Below, in pieces: positions 13,801 through 28,095 of a stretch of 64,000 nt of DNA. Positions within the stretch are counted from its first letter, which is position 1. Every line of letters starts with the position of its first letter. The stretch covers positions 13,764,001-13,828,000 of the forward strand of contig NC_043015.1 in NCBI RefSeq assembly GCF_006345805.1, given 5' to 3'. Position numbers and translations under genes: made by a program. Under the pieces are notes generated by a model. It did not search any database. It saw nothing but the letters and a program-made list of their open reading frames with translations, and was not told the DNA's origin. This DNA is from Octopus sinensis (taxonomy: Eukaryota).

Positions 13801-14998
13801 AACATTTGCATTCAGTTTATTGACTAGCCTTTCCCTTTCAATTTCCACTGGGATTGACTTTACTGTTCATCCTTTCAAGGTCAATAGAATAAGTACCAGT
13901 TAAGCATTGGGGTTGATGTAATCAACTAATCTCCACCTCCTAAAATTCAGCAAGGTTTGATGTTAAGAAGTTTCCTCAAATCTCAAGAAACTTTCTTAGG
14001 ACTCTTGCAAAATACAGGATGGCACTTTTCTACAAGTCAACATTGCATGCATCAATTCCAGTATCTGTTGCTCCTTAGGTAGCATTATGGGTGATATGTG
14101 AAGTGCACTAATTACCACATGCTGCAGAGTGGAACACTTGCAAGAGACCTTTACTTGAGTATCCAGTTCCATAAAACAGTTGTGATAATTACTTTTTGTT
14201 TGGCATTACACTCATTAGTTAAACTGTGGTGTTGATGTGTTGCTACCATCAGTGTTTTTATTAAGACATCATCTCTAGGTAACTTGCCAGCCAAGGCTAA
14301 AGAGACTCTCCTCCCTTTGTGATAGGCCTAACCTTTCGAAGGGTGACCCCCTGTAGTTTATGATCTCAAAGTATTATCATTAGAATGCTGGTTTGACTGA
14401 ATTGTTACAGCCCCAAAAAGATGCTTTGTGGTTGTTCTTTTAGCCCTTATGTTTTGAATTCAAATTGCATAAAGGTCAACATTGTCTTTCATCCTTTGGA
14501 TGTTGATAAAATAAAGTATAATTGTAGTTCTGAGGTTGATTATACCAACTAACTTCCTTCCCCAAAATTGCTGGCTTTTTGACTAAGTCAGAAACAATTA
14601 TCATTAAGACAGTGAACTGGCAGAGTATTGGGTAAAAATGCTTTGCAGTATTTCTTCTGGCACTTTGTTCCAGGTCCAAATACTGGCAAGATCAGTTTTG
14701 TCTTTAATCCTTTTGGGGTCAATGATACAAAGTACCAGTCAAATACTAGGGATGATGGTACCAACTACTCCCCCTTCCCTCAAGATTTTTGGCTCTGTGT
14801 CTGAATTAGAAGCTGTTATCAACATTTTATTTACTGCAATTGATAATATTACTAGATGGTTTTCCTTCTTGCAAAGCTTTTCTAAAGTTGTAAATTTTTC
14901 GATGATTGTTAAATTAGTTACCAGATAATCATCTTGATAACTTACAGGTGTTCAGCAAATCTCTTGTATTAATATATTATTTATCTATTCTCCTACAG

Positions 14999-15012
14999 GA
15001 TTAGTTTTAGAT
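14999..15012 (+). CDS. 14-nt microexon (RISFR)
   Basis: ttatctattctcctacag|GATTAGTTTTAGAT|gtaagt: strong acceptor and consensus donor; phase 2-1 continues 10259-10313 without a stop. Confidence 0.5.
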
Positions 15013-17460
15013 GTAAGTTTCTTGTTAGAAACTCAAGCCTTCCTCCCTACCTAGAGGGTTTCCATTATCTATTTCAAACCACCCTTACAAGAGAATTTGT
15101 TTTTCATGCTTTTTCTTGTAAAAAATTTTTTAAAAAATCAACCAAATCTAATGTTAAGATAAAAGTTAAAAAGAAAAACGATAATATAATTTAAACAAAC
15201 TTTACAGGTTGATTTTCAAATTTGAAAACATTTTTGTCTTTTCAAACTTACAATATATTTCAGTTAATTTTCCATCTATTGTCTATTTGCTTGTGTTCAT
15301 ATAAATTTGAACAAATCTCTTCTCATAGCTGCTATTTGAAAGTCAACCAATATACAACTTAAGTTTGATATTTACTTGACGGAGTAAGTAGTGAACAAAA
15401 ACAAAAAAGAAAACCTTATTCTTGATATAGTATACAAGTCCATAATAAAGTTTTAAATTTGTGAATATCAAATCGAGGCCTGAGCCATTTATCTTATGTC
15501 CCTTTTAAAGTTTGACATTTTTTCTTTATGTATTTGCATAATGTATGATCTTCATAGCTGAGTGATGGTGGTGCCAATAGATTGACATCTTTTTGTCTGC
15601 ACTTTCGTGGATGTTAATCATAGAGACTCCACTACTTTAGTGAGGGAGGCTCTATGCAGTTGTTCAGTCTGTTAGAAATAGCAGCCAGATCTCCACAGAT
15701 CATACTCAAGCTGTTTTAAAAAATAGACAGATTTATCACAGTAGTCCTTTTTACACCACTTGAGATAGATGACTGAATTGTCAAGGCTGCAATGCTTTAA
15801 TCATAGATTTCATGGATCAGAATTGATTTGTGGCTGAACAAATAAAACAGCTGTAGTCTTTTGTTGACTTAGTCTGACAAATAGTAAGAAGATAATATGA
15901 AAGATAACAGTTCAGCATTGAGGACAACTTCTCAAAAATTGACAAATGTTTCATTATAGTATGTTGCATTGAAATCCTCTCCTGGACAAAGAGAAATAGT
16001 TTTTAAGTACCATAATACAAAAAGAAACAAATCTCTGGTAATCTGGTAATTTTTACTTTTCGTATTATATTTTGTTGTTTAAAGTCTGCCAGATAATTTA
16101 ATAATTCTGAAGTAACTCTCTTTCTTATTTTTCTGTATTTTATAACAACCTTCTGTGATAACTTAATCTACTCGCTTTTGTCATTTCAGCAAAACTTAAC
16201 CTCATTTGCAGATTTTATACCATCTGTTGTTTTTCCCTTAATTTTCTGTTTCAAGTACATGCTATACATATTGATCAAAATATTTTGTTTGAAAATAAAA
16301 TTCAAATGCTATAGTCATTGTCTAGTATATCCTTGAACCAGTTATACTAGTCACATATTAGCTGGAAGGTAGTAGTTAAAACAAATGGCATGAGGATGGA
16401 GAGTTATGCATAAAAAAAAAGGAAAAACAAAATCAACTGCACTGTATAGGTTGAACTAGTGAGTGGAAATTACTGATTATGTGTTAGTTAATGTCTAGTA
16501 ACAGGCTGGTTTTAAGCCAATAAACAAGTCTCTTTGTGATTGCTCAATTTACTAGAAATAGGAGCTGTATCTTGTTGAAAATCACACTCTACAACATTAA
16601 ATAAAATATAACCAGATATATCATCATCGTTTAACATCCACCTTCCATGCTGGCATGGGTTATACTGTTTGGGAAAAAAACGACAAGGCAGTCTTGACTG
16701 GAATACTTTTATTTTTGAAAGTCTGCCTAATCAGGGCTGACTTGTGGTTAAACAACTACATGGTTTTAATTTCTGATTAAATCTATTTTTTTCCTACTTA
16801 ATTAGGAGAGAGACATAACAACCACATGAATTAATAATTGTGGCTAGTGCAGTCTTGTTAATTGAGCCTTACTTTAAATAAATATACAAGTAGCCAACTT
16901 TATCCTTTATATTTTATGAACAAAGCTGCTTTCATTGTCATTTGATTTCCAACAAAGAAAATAACCTGGAAAGAGTGTCTCATCTTTTAACATTTGTTCC
17001 TAATATTTACAATGCTGTTAGCACCTTTGTAAAGAAAGTGTGTGTGTTTTCATATGTCAATAAAGTGTGTCTGTGTATTATGTTCTTTATATGAATGAAG
17101 TGTGTTCTGTAGTACTTTACAAATCACGGATTCAGCATCGTTCTATTATTATCACACTTTGAATAAATTTTGAAAGATTTTAACACATGTTCCTCTGTCA
17201 GTGATGTTCGTCTTTACTTTGTAAACAATACTAAAATAGGTGGTGTGAAATTAAATCTACCATCGTTAACATTATTATGGCTGGCTAGAATTGGAGATAG
17301 ACTGAGTTAACATTTGAATATTCGTTCACAACACAATCAGACATGCTACATTCATGGAGTTGTAGTTTGAAGCGATTTGCTATAACTAGAAATAGAAATA
17401 ACAAGCAACGTAGCTGTTCTGCTTAATTAAGAGTGTAGAATACTGTTGATGTATACCAAT

Positions 17461-18055
17461 ATCATCATCATCGTTTAACATCCATTTTCCATGTTGGTAT
17501 GGGTTGAATGGTTTGACAGGATCCATCAAGCTGCAAGTGTCAAGTTCCAGTGTCAGTTTTTGCATAGCTTCTACGGTTGAATACTCTTCCTAACACTTTT
17601 CTCTTTTGGATGGTTTTTCTGTGCCGCCAGTGGTGGAGAAGTTGCCAACAAAGGAATAGGAAGAAGGAAAAAAAAGGGTGGGGGATGAAAAGGAAAAGAA
17701 AAAAATACCTCTTCAATGAGGGGTGGTTAGTATTCGAGAAGGGGAGGGGCAATGGTCCTAGGCCAAGTTTTGAGAGGCTTGAATGTGATGGAAGATCTAA
17801 TGGAGATACAAGGATGGATGAAAATAGCTGGAAAGAAAATAGAAGTGGTAGTGGTATGCAGGAGCATCTCAAGATACAGTGTCTCACATGGGGTGGGGAT
17901 AGAGAGTAAAAGATGTGGGTAGAGGTGTATGTAGTGAATGATGATAAGAGAGATGAGTGGCTCAGGGGTCTATGGTAAGTGAGGTGTGATGGTAGATACG
18001 AGAGGACATTGAGAGTAATATATACATGCACACGTGTATGTGTGTACAATATATA
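17461..18055 (-). mobile_element. RTE-type 3' UTR/tail remnant
   Basis: catcatcatcgtttaacatccattttccatg tail followed by a purine-rich block, the inverse of the arrangement at 31900-32340. Confidence 0.5.
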
Positions 18056-18065
18056 TATAAATGAC

Positions 18066-18139
<74 letters not shown>
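18050..18139. repeat. (TA)n microsatellite
   Basis: Direct inspection. Confidence 0.95.
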
Positions 18140-18140
<1 letters not shown>

Positions 18141-18141
<1 letters not shown>

Positions 18142-18978
18142 TAACAACCACCCCCTTGACCCAGGGCAGCACTACCTCCTCCAGACGCTTGATGTAGGCC
18201 TCCATGTTGAGTGTGAAGTTGTGTGAGAAGATGAATGGAGGCATCTCCATCACTAGTGATCACTCCAAACTCCATGATGTTGACTGGATGTTTGATTTTT
18301 GTCGCTCTCAGTATATGTTTTGGGGGCATGACAAGCCAGCAGTTGTTCTGTGTTCACCATCTAATCCTGGTAGAAATTTTTCTCGTTTGAGAGAAACCAA
18401 AGCATGTTCGGTTGGAGGGGATGTCTGAGTTTGTTCAAAAGCTTTGTAGCATGGTCTTTCCTCTTGTCCTTGATTGCTTTGGATAAAAATTGGCCTTTTC
18501 TCACTTTTGAGGAATGCTAAATGTCTTCATGCACTACCTGCCTGATAAGAAACTCAGACTCTTCCAGGTCCATGGTGATGGACCTGATTAACTTGGAGGG
18601 ATCGTTGTCAATCATGGCCTGATCCCACCATCAAATAAATGAGTCCTTTTCTTATCAGAACACTCAGAGTGAGTTTTCTGAGCTGCTGTACTTTCATAAT
18701 CATAATTAGACTCATCCAATACTTTCTGAATCCTCTACACTGTCCTCAGATTGACAACCAAACACTATGAAATGTTCATATTAGAGCTTCCGGCTCAAAT
18801 GCCAAGCAGTACAGCATGCCATTTCCAAATTTCTTGCATTATGGCACTGTTTTTCTCACAGACGGTGGCCAACTGACCCTACTATACTGTGTAGTTAACA
18901 AAATTAAAAACAAACAATGTGCACGCTTAGAATTAAAAATATAAAATGGCAACAATCTACCCATCACACCTTGTGTGT
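18141..18978 (-). mobile_element. Tc1/mariner DD37D (maT-like) transposon fossil, truncated at a (TA)n tract
   Basis: Reverse-strand remnants NEKNFYQD, KHPVNIMEFGVITSDGD and PPFIFSHNFTLNMEAYIKRLEEVVLPWVKGV; terminus at ~18975 is shared with the MITE at 52562. Confidence 0.75.
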
Positions 18979-19033
18979 GTGTGTGATGTATGTATGTATA
19001 TATGTATATATATGATGTATGTGTATATATGTA

Positions 19034-19072
<39 letters not shown>

Positions 19073-19106
19073 TATGTATATATATATATATGATGTAAGT
19101 ATATAG

Positions 19107-19954
19107 ATGATGATCATCATCATCACCATTGTTTAACGTCCGTTTTCCATGCTAGCATGGGCTGGACGGTTCGTTCGGGGTCTGGGAAGCCAGGAGGCTG
19201 CGCCAGGTTCCAGTCTGATCTTGTAGTGTTTCTACAGCTGGATGCCCTTCCTAACGCCAACCACTCCGTGAGTGTAGTGGGTGCTTTTTACGTGCCACTG
19301 GCATAAGGGCCAGAGGAGGCTGGCAAATGGCCACAATCGGTTGGTGTTTTTTACGTGTCACTGACATGGACGCCAGTCAAGTGGCACTGGCATCAGTCAC
19401 ATTCGGATGGAGCTTTTAACGTGCCACCGGCATGGGTATCATAACTACAATTTCCATTTGATTTTTATTTTGATGTTGGTGTTGACATACTTGACTCAAT
19501 AGGTCTCCTCAAGCACAGCGGGTCATTCTACAATCCAAGGTCAGCACAGCAGGCCGTCCTGCAAGCCATAAACTCACTTCATTTGTTGGGTCTTTGCAGT
19601 CACAGCATATCTCCAGAGGTCTCGGTCTTTCGTCATAGCCTCTATGAAGCCCAACGAATGAAGGTCATGCTTGACCACCTCATACCATGTCTTCCTGGAT
19701 CTACCTCTACCCTGGATTCCTTCAACAGTTTGGGAGTGGCACTTTTTCACACAACTCTCCTCATCCATCCATAGTACATGACCATGTCTCCTGCATGCCA
19801 CATTCGATGCTTCTTATGTCCAACATTTCTCTCAGGGTGCTTACACTCTGTCGTGCATGGACACTGACATTACACATCCAGCGGATCATGCTAGCTTCAT
19901 TTCTTTCAAGCCTATGAATGTCCTCCACAATCACAGCCCATGTTTCACTGCCGT
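19107..19954 (-). mobile_element. RTE LINE 3' end (ORF2 C-terminus + 3' UTR + (ATG)n tail)
   Basis: ORF 19574-19801: HVLWMDEESCVKKC..VEG..GRGRSRKTW.EVVKHDL..DRDLWR; 3' UTR with repeated ggcacgtaaaaagcacc units. Confidence 0.85.
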
Positions 19955-20308
19955 ATATATATATATATATATATTTAATATATGTATGTGTATATCATCA
20001 TCCAGTGTGTTAAATCTGGGTTTGGTCCCTGTTAATGAGGGTTGCCGGATCTACTTCAATGCCATAGCAACTGTAGTAGGCAGGTGCAGCCCACCCCAAC
20101 CTTTGGACTGGTTGGTGCCCATTCTCCTTTTGGAGCTGGATTTTCTACGAGGAGCATGCCCTTGCTTAATCCCAATATCAGTTTCTAGACATGAGTGGTC
20201 CTGAGACCAAGGCTTCTACCATGATTTTTAAGAAATGTGGTGGTAAACTAGCTCAAGAAGGCAGGGACGTTACTCCCTGAGACCCCTTTTAGAGCCCCCC
20301 TACCTATG

Positions 20309-20358
<50 letters not shown>

Positions 20359-20728
20359 AATGTTTATATATATGATGTATGTGTGTGTATATATATATAT
20401 ATGATGCACATATCATACACACACACACACACATATATATATGATATATGTGTGTATGTATATTTTTAGATATGTGTATGTGTTTCATTCATTTTTATAT
20501 GTTTTGCTATGCTAGCATGGGTTAGCTGAGTATTTTAATGGATCATTGTTTTACACTTGAATGCTTTCCTGTTGCTAACCTTTACTTGTTTCTTGATTAT
20601 TTTCTTATTCCACATTTCTTGAAAGTAACAAAACCAGCAGATAAATTGTTGATAAGACTAGTGATGATAGCATCTCTACCTGTAGCTGATGGAATTTTTC
20701 AGAGCAGCACATATGTAAACAAATGCAG

Positions 20729-20762
<34 letters not shown>

Positions 20763-20944
20763 ATGCATGATATACTTCTTTCAGTTTCTGTCTACCAAAT
20801 CCATCTACAAGGCTTTGGTCATCCTAAGGCTATAGAGACATTTGCCCAAGGTGCCATACAGTGGGATTAAAGCCAAGATCAGATGGGTGAGAAGTTTGTG
20901 TTTCTATATATATACACACACACACACACACTGATACATATGCA

Positions 20945-21179
20945 TTTATCCAGCCCATGTTGCTTTTTTGTTCTTTGTGACCGCGTGTGTACCGTTGGCG
21001 ATTTTTTTTCCTCTGTCTTCCCTTCTTTGGATCTTTCCTTTTCTTATGTTTCTGACGAAGAGCTCTGCTTGAAACCTTAAACCCTCCTTCTTTCCTTCTT
21101 TCCTGAGCGTCCGATAATACTATACTGGTTCCACATCCTCGCGTTGTTGTGTTTTCTCTTCGTGTTTTCATGTTTGGAT

Positions 21180-21183
<4 letters not shown>
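20945..21183 (+). mobile_element. Penelope-like element terminal repeat with a minimal hammerhead motif
   Basis: gtttCTGACGAagagctctgcttGAAAccttaaac at 21048-21082 in a pyrimidine-rich, CpG-retaining block, followed by (TA)n. Confidence 0.65.
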
Positions 21184-21233
<50 letters not shown>

Positions 21234-23129
21234 ATATGTACACTATATATATATATATATCCTTGTATGTGTATCCATATATATGTGTATATGTATGTAT
21301 GTATCTATAGATACACATGTGTGTGTATATATATATATATGTGTGTGTATATAATATGAAAGCTATGAAAGAAGAAAACTCTGGAAGGTCAAGTTTTTAC
21401 AAATACTGTCTTAGCTTAAGGTATAAAAGAGAGGAGAAAGTTTTGACATTTCGGACACTAGTCTTTTGTCAGAGAGAAAAAAAAATACAGAAGATTAGTA
21501 AAGGAGGAGAGTGAAAGTGGAAAACTGGATAGAGAAAAAAAAGAATTGATGAGTGGGTTAAGGGGCCACATGGGTATGCAGTTCTAAGAGGAGAATTAAG
21601 ATGAGAGGAGGGAAGTGTATTTGCTTATGGATGGAGGTGTATGTGTGTATATATCTGTAGAGGTGCAGAAGCTCAGTGGTATACAATAGTGGGGGTGTGG
21701 GTGGTTGGTGTGTTTGTATAAATCATTTTGTGCAAGAGGAAAGTATGGAAGTGAGGCGGTAGCAGTAGGTGCTTGTATGAGGTGAAAAAGAAAGTAAGAA
21801 ATATATGAGAGATGTGGTAGCAGTGTGTGCAAGTGTATGGGTGTGAGAGAGAGAAATGAGAGAAGAAAAGAGAGAATGGAGAAAGAAAAATTACAATATA
21901 ACACTAGTAAAGAATATAAGAACATTTTTTTTTGTGTTATTATGAGAAAAGAAAATTGTGTGGCACGTGGAGGGGCATGATGAAGGCAATAGAGGTGTAT
22001 GCATGTGTTAGAATGTAATGTGTAAAGCATATAAGCAGAAGGAAGGTAGAATATAAACAAAAATGAGGAAAAATAATTTAAAAAATGGAGAAAATGGAAA
22101 CAAGTGAGAGGAGGTATGAATTTAGGGAGAAAGAGGAAAGGAAACAGAATAAAATGAAAAATAGTTTACAAAAAAAAACATTAAATGGAAACATATTATT
22201 GCCAATATCAGTAGTCTGTTTTGACTTTCTTATTGTAACTATTTCAAGTCTCATTCATCATACTCTTGATATCTTTCTGGTTTGGTTAAAATATGAGTAC
22301 GTTATAATATAAATGTCTACAGTATCTTTACTGGAGTACCAGTGTTGCCCTGGGTTATGAATACATAAATACAGAAATCATAGATGCAGTTCAATGACTA
22401 AAATTAGTAAAAAGACTATAAAAAGGTGGCACTGCTCATTTGCCAGCACATTTAAATAACATGTAATAAAAGACCATATGGCTTAATTCAATGTGACACT
22501 AATTATATACAAATATCACTCTTTATACTTATTTATTCATAATGTCCAAGAGTCAATTGTACCATTATGTAATTGAGTTATGTTTAGGCACATTCTTGTT
22601 TACATTTAACAAGTAGTTTTCAGTCTTCCACTATTGTCACTTAACATCTTACAAAGGAAGAGTATGTGAATTCTGATGAGTTATTAAATTGCAATGAAAC
22701 CAGATGGTTCAGTTTTCATCCTGTGTTTTCACAAAGGTCCTTGCAGACTTAATTTCACAGCAAGACCAGATGTCTATAAATATGACTCAGCTTGTTTGGC
22801 TTCTATCTTTTAAAGATCAAGGAATTCAGTGCATTAAAGATAGTTGTAACAATGAAAGGAACATTATAACTAAATTGTGAAGTAATTGATTGGAAAATTT
22901 TTAATAAGACAGTAGGAAATGCTTATCAGTTTGATTGATAACTTATTGTGTTACTTAAGAGGAAGAGGTAGGCCTCTCCAAGTAAACTTATAGACTTAAT
23001 CAACTCAAAGCTATAACAGGATACTTTTTCTGGATGTTGCTCAGTAACTAAATACAACTTTAATGAAATTAGTTTGGTTGTCTTCCTGGATGCTTCAGTG
23101 ATTTCATGCGAGCATGCCATCCATCATAA

Positions 23130-23390
23130 TACCCCATACATGTTCTTAATTTGTCCTGGAGCAAGTTGTCCACTTCCTCTGTTGATTCTCCCTTCAACTG
23201 ACTGCCATAACCAGTTGACACACAGGTTCTTCTGGGTGCCTGACTCAATGACCAGCAATTCTCATTCTTCTCTGTTGAATCTTCTCCGTCACTTTGGGTA
23301 AATCTTGATAAAGCTGCTCATTGGTTAAATGAGCTCTCTATGTAACATTCAGAGCCATTCTTAACATTCATGTGTAATTGCTGTCTTTTT
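23130..23390 (-). mobile_element. non-LTR ORF2 C-terminal fragment (RTE-X/RTE-like)
   Basis: Reverse strand: MLRMALNV..RAHLTNEQLYQDLPKVTEKIQQRRMRIAGH.VRHPEEPVCQLV.WQ..EGRINRG. Confidence 0.6.
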
Positions 23391-24527
23391 GTTTTTCACT
23401 TCTTTGTCATAAAAATAACGTTATGATTTTGAATCATGTTACTATCATAGCCAGTTGATTGAACATAGAAGGGGTTTATACTTGATCTTCACATAGAAAT
23501 TATTTTATTTTGTTTATGTTTTATTGAGCCACTGAGCAACATTGGACTTATGTTCTCTACTTGGGTCAAGCGAAGCCGTGTGAGGGAAGTTCAATTGACA
23601 GAAACTGTGTGGATGTCTATCAGATAGACTACTTTAGATTTGAAAACAGGGTATTGTTACAAAGTGTCTGAAAATTAAATTAAGAGTGCCAATGTCTGTG
23701 GTATATTCAACCATTTACATTTTAATTCATGATGAGTGTCACTGATTAAACAGCTGGAACATTCGTACAACACATACAGGAACCTGGTGTAGTGTCTTCT
23801 TGGTTGTGGGAATGCTATTATTTTTTATAGCTTAGGTTTCCTTTTTTTTTTACGATTTTGATTTGTCTTTATCCGCAGTTTTAAGTCCAAGTTATTGATA
23901 TAACATGGTAATTGAATGTAATTTAGTATACATTGTTTTTATGTAATTCCATCATGATCTTTCTTCTTCATAATCATCATCATTGTAGTTCTTTGGATTT
24001 TAGGAAAGATATAATATTGTCACTCAAACTTGTTTGTGTCTGTACACAGACATTATAATCCTTGTCATGAAGCGCATGTGCAATCATAGGTAAAACAAAT
24101 GGAAGATGAAGAATCAGTTATGAAATCTTAGTTATAGCTTTTTGTTGTCTCCTTTGCTGTTTTTGTTGTGTAAGATTTCTACAATCTTCTTCAAATGATA
24201 TAATTGTTTTTCTTACTAGAACAAACCAGGAGATTGATTCAATCTATTAATAATGTTAAGGTGGTGAGCTAGCAGAATCGTTAGCACACTGGGCAAAATG
24301 CTTAGAGGTATTTCATGTTTTTATATTGAGTTCAAATTTTGCTGAGGTTGACTTTGCTCTTATCCTTCTGGAGTCGATAAAATAAGTACTAGTTGAACAC
24401 TGGAGTCAATCTAATTGACTTACCCCCAGCTCCAAAATTGCTGGTCTTGTGCCAAAATTTGAAACCAATAATGTTTCAGGTTGTTGATTTTGACTCTTCT
24501 TTTGTGTATCTTTGTTTGATATTTCAG

Positions 24528-24657
24528 AGAATGGTCATAATTAAATACCACTCCATCAAAAATACCTGTATTTCTTTATTCTTTTGTGTATGTGGGGTGA
24601 CCAGACTGCCCAAATTGCATTTGGAAAATGTTAGCATAAGTGCTTACACTAGCAAAG
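24528..24657 (+). CDS. possible exon (RMVIIKYHSIKNTCISLFFCVCGVTRLPKLHLENVSISAYTSK)
   Basis: tttgtttgatatttcag| acceptor, AAAG|gtatct donor; open only in phase 0, so not directly joinable to 14999-15012. Confidence 0.25.
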
Positions 24658-26252
24658 GTATCTCATGTCTTTACCTTTTCTGCTCCAGCTATTCTTGCTC
24701 TGTTGTTCATATCTAAGAACTATATTTGCTGCTTGAATTAGTGAAGGATCCTCCATATGGTTGCTAGACTTGCTAATAATAGCAGCAAGATCTTCCTAAT
24801 ATCAAACCCTGTAGTCTTGACAAAAGAAAGACATATTAAATGATGATTTAGTTCTAGACATACTAGATTAGAAACAAACGAAAAAAAAAAGACAAGATGG
24901 TTATGGTTGGAATGCTCATTGATCTGTTTAATTATGCTTGACCTTGGACTATACAATATACTACCTATACACTATAGGTAGTATATATTGAAAAATAAAA
25001 AAAAGAATGAGAAGATTGCAAGTGAAACGTTTTTGATCATATGTCTGCTCAATCAGAGTTGTCCTGTGGTTAAACAACATCTGCTGTTGTTATGGTTACA
25101 TCTAGCTAGCTACACTTGTCAAATTGATATCAGTGGAAGTGGTGGTGGTCATGATCAGGAGGCTTTAGTGACTATTAGTGATGAAAAGGCTAAGTTTGCA
25201 AAGTTTAAGATAGATAAGGTTTCAGTGAAATTATAAGTTCCTTTTCATTGAAGTCAGCAGCAAAATTTTTGAAAAGCATCCATTATCTGAAAGATGCTAT
25301 CTTGTTGGAAGTTGCTTGATAATAAACTGAAATATTTGTTAAATTCAAATGATTCTATTTAAATTAATTATCTCATAAAACCTTCAGTCAATTTATACCC
25401 AACTTTCATTTTAATAAGTTGTTCAAGTCAGTATAATATGAAAATAAAATTTAAAAAAAAAACATTGATTGACACAAACAAATGAATAACTTTGACTTGA
25501 AATAATTATCACTTATGATGCATTACATATGCTTTTTTTTTAATTTTTAGAGGCAGGCAGGAATCCAATTGTTAAGTTTTAGTTGCAACAAATCAGAGTT
25601 AACTGAGAGCATCTGAAATGTCAATTGATAACAGATTGTGTGTTATCAAATTACATTTCTTTCCTGTAAATTACAACTGCTTCTCTTTTGTATGGAAAGA
25701 GCTTATATGAAATGCAAAAGTGTAGCAAATATTCAGTGCATGGAATGACTCTCCCGGTTAATAAGAGGTTAATAAGGTAAAGGGTTAGTGTATTTATATG
25801 TGGAAACAATAAACTAGACATTGAAGTGATGTGAAATGTACAGTAAAATATACCTATATGGTAAGCTCATTTATTACTTCTAATAAAATGCATTTTCTAA
25901 TGTTTCAATTAATTTTGAAAATAATCTAAAATTTTGAAGGAAAAAGCATGACTGTGTAGCTGAGAAGTTTATCTTAGAACCACATGGTCTGAATTCATTC
26001 ACACTATGGTAAGAAGTGTCTTTCACTATAGCCTATGGCTAACCAATGCCTTGTGGATGAAATTGGTTGTGAGAAACAGTACAGAAGTTTGACATATACA
26101 TGTGTATTTATTTATTGTTTATACACTTATAGCATAAAACAACATCACTGTTTTAAGTGATAACAGTGTTTATGTATATTGTAAAAATCATATCCAGCCA
26201 CTGTGCTGATCATTATTCACAAAAGCCGAGGGAATAAATCTTTTGTCTAGAG

Positions 26253-26510
26253 TAGTGGTTCTCAACCATTTTTTTTTGCTTATGGACCCCTTTGATTCCT
26301 GTTTTATTCTACTGGACCTCCATAGCCATTCAATGCATATATTAAAAAAATACTGTATTTTTTTTTTTATAATTAAGTTTTGTGAGCAATTGCAAAAAAA
26401 AATATTTTGTGTGTTGTAGAAGTTTAAATAATTCAATGCACAGAAATTTTAAAGAACAAAATAATATAGGGACCCCCAAGGGCCACATGGACCTTGGTTG
26501 GGAACCACTG
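26253..26510. mobile_element. hAT (Charlie-like) MITE
   Basis: TIRs tagtggttctcaac / gttgggaaccactg; degenerate 8-bp TSD gtctagag / gtcgagaa resembling the NTCTAGAN target. Confidence 0.75.
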
Positions 26511-28073
26511 GTCGAGAACAAATAAGGGTTGGCATCAGGAAGAACACTCTTCTGTAGAAGACTGCCTGGATAAAGTTTTGTCTAATCCATACCAGCAGAG
26601 ATAAAGCAAATTTAAAAATGACATTAATAATGATGATAATGATTAGTAAAGTGACGTTTTTCTTTTATTACATTTATGTTTGTAAAATATCAAAAGGTTC
26701 ATCATTTTGCATTCATTTTTGTCCTTCATGTATGGGTTGGATGGGTTGCCACTTGTTACAATCTGCATCATCATGCACAGACTCATAGAGCTAAAAAACA
26801 AATCAGCTTTGGTGCTGCTTAAATACGTCTCCCAGTGAGAACTGGATGCATTCTGCTTGCATAAAGTTATGATGGGAGGTTTTTAATTTGCATATGATTA
26901 CTTCAAAATATTAGGTTTTGTATAAGAATCAGTCTTGTGTAGGTCACTAGTGAAAAAGTTGAATGAATAAACTAATTTTCCCTGTTTGTCCTTTCTTGTT
27001 TCTGAGTTGAGTTTCTTTTTGGGGAAAAAAATCATTTAGTAAACCTGAAAAACAGAGATCATAAAGGAAAAAATCTTTATTTCTGTGACTTGTTATTGTT
27101 TGTTGCTATGGAGTAACTGAAACAATACATTGTCAGACTAACACCAAGCAATATTTAGTTTCTTTCTTTTCATGTCAACAATTTCAGTTGAACTCAGTAT
27201 CTATTCTAGTTTAATACTTGTTTTTTTAATATTTATTTGTCATATACAGATATGAAGAGGCACAGCATAAATACAACACTGGTGAACCAGTATAAACATA
27301 AAACCCTGAAATGGACATATATTTAGGATTTCACACAGTTTCTGTCTACTAAATTCCATTTATAAAACATTGATCAACCTGGAGCTACAGTAGAATCAAT
27401 TCAAGTTATCACACAATAAAAGTCAAGCTTAGAATCACATGGTTGCAGAGTGAACTTCTTAACCACATAGCTATGTCTGTACCTCTTTGCATTATGTGTT
27501 TAGACCATTTTAGAATCAGAAGTGATTTTGTTTATTATACACATCCCTTGCTAATTCAAGTTCTTGTGCCAACAGGAGATATCTGTATGCATTGTCAGCA
27601 CCAAGCTAATTTTCTTGCAAGTTGATTTTATAAGCTAGAATTTTTCCTTAAAAACATTTTATTTCACTTCGTTGAAGTCATGTATATCCTTTGGAAATGC
27701 ATTAACGTCACAAAATACATTATCTGTTACTTGTAAAAAGTAATTTATATTAAAACAAAAACAAACAAACAAACAAAAAAAAAAAGAATTGTCAGTTTTT
27801 ATATCTGCTTCGTAACAGTTTATGAAAGTAAATTAAATTTATTGATTTTAAAGGCAGGACTTCCCAAAGAGCATTTATGGTTTGTTGAAATGATAGTCTG
27901 AATGTCAGAAATCTGATAAGTAAAGTCTAACTCAATAGCTAATACAAAATTCTAGAAATATACTTACTTTTTTATTTGTTAAAATCAGAAAATATTATTT
28001 TAGAATTTTAGTAGTAACTAGTTAATAGCAGGTTTATATTTTTAAACTCATTATCTTCTTTCATCTTCAACAG

Positions 28074-28095
28074 TTTACATACATTTTGCTGTCAT
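28074..28095 (+). CDS. possible 22-nt exon
   Basis: ctcattatcttctttcatcttcaacag|TTTACATACATTTTGCTGTCAT|gtaaaa; open in all frames, phase undetermined. Confidence 0.25.

Noticed and set aside
17540-18253. 237-aa minus-strand ORF, the longest in the track
   Set aside because: A chimera of a maT transposase remnant, a (TA)n tract and a low-complexity RTE 3' UTR.
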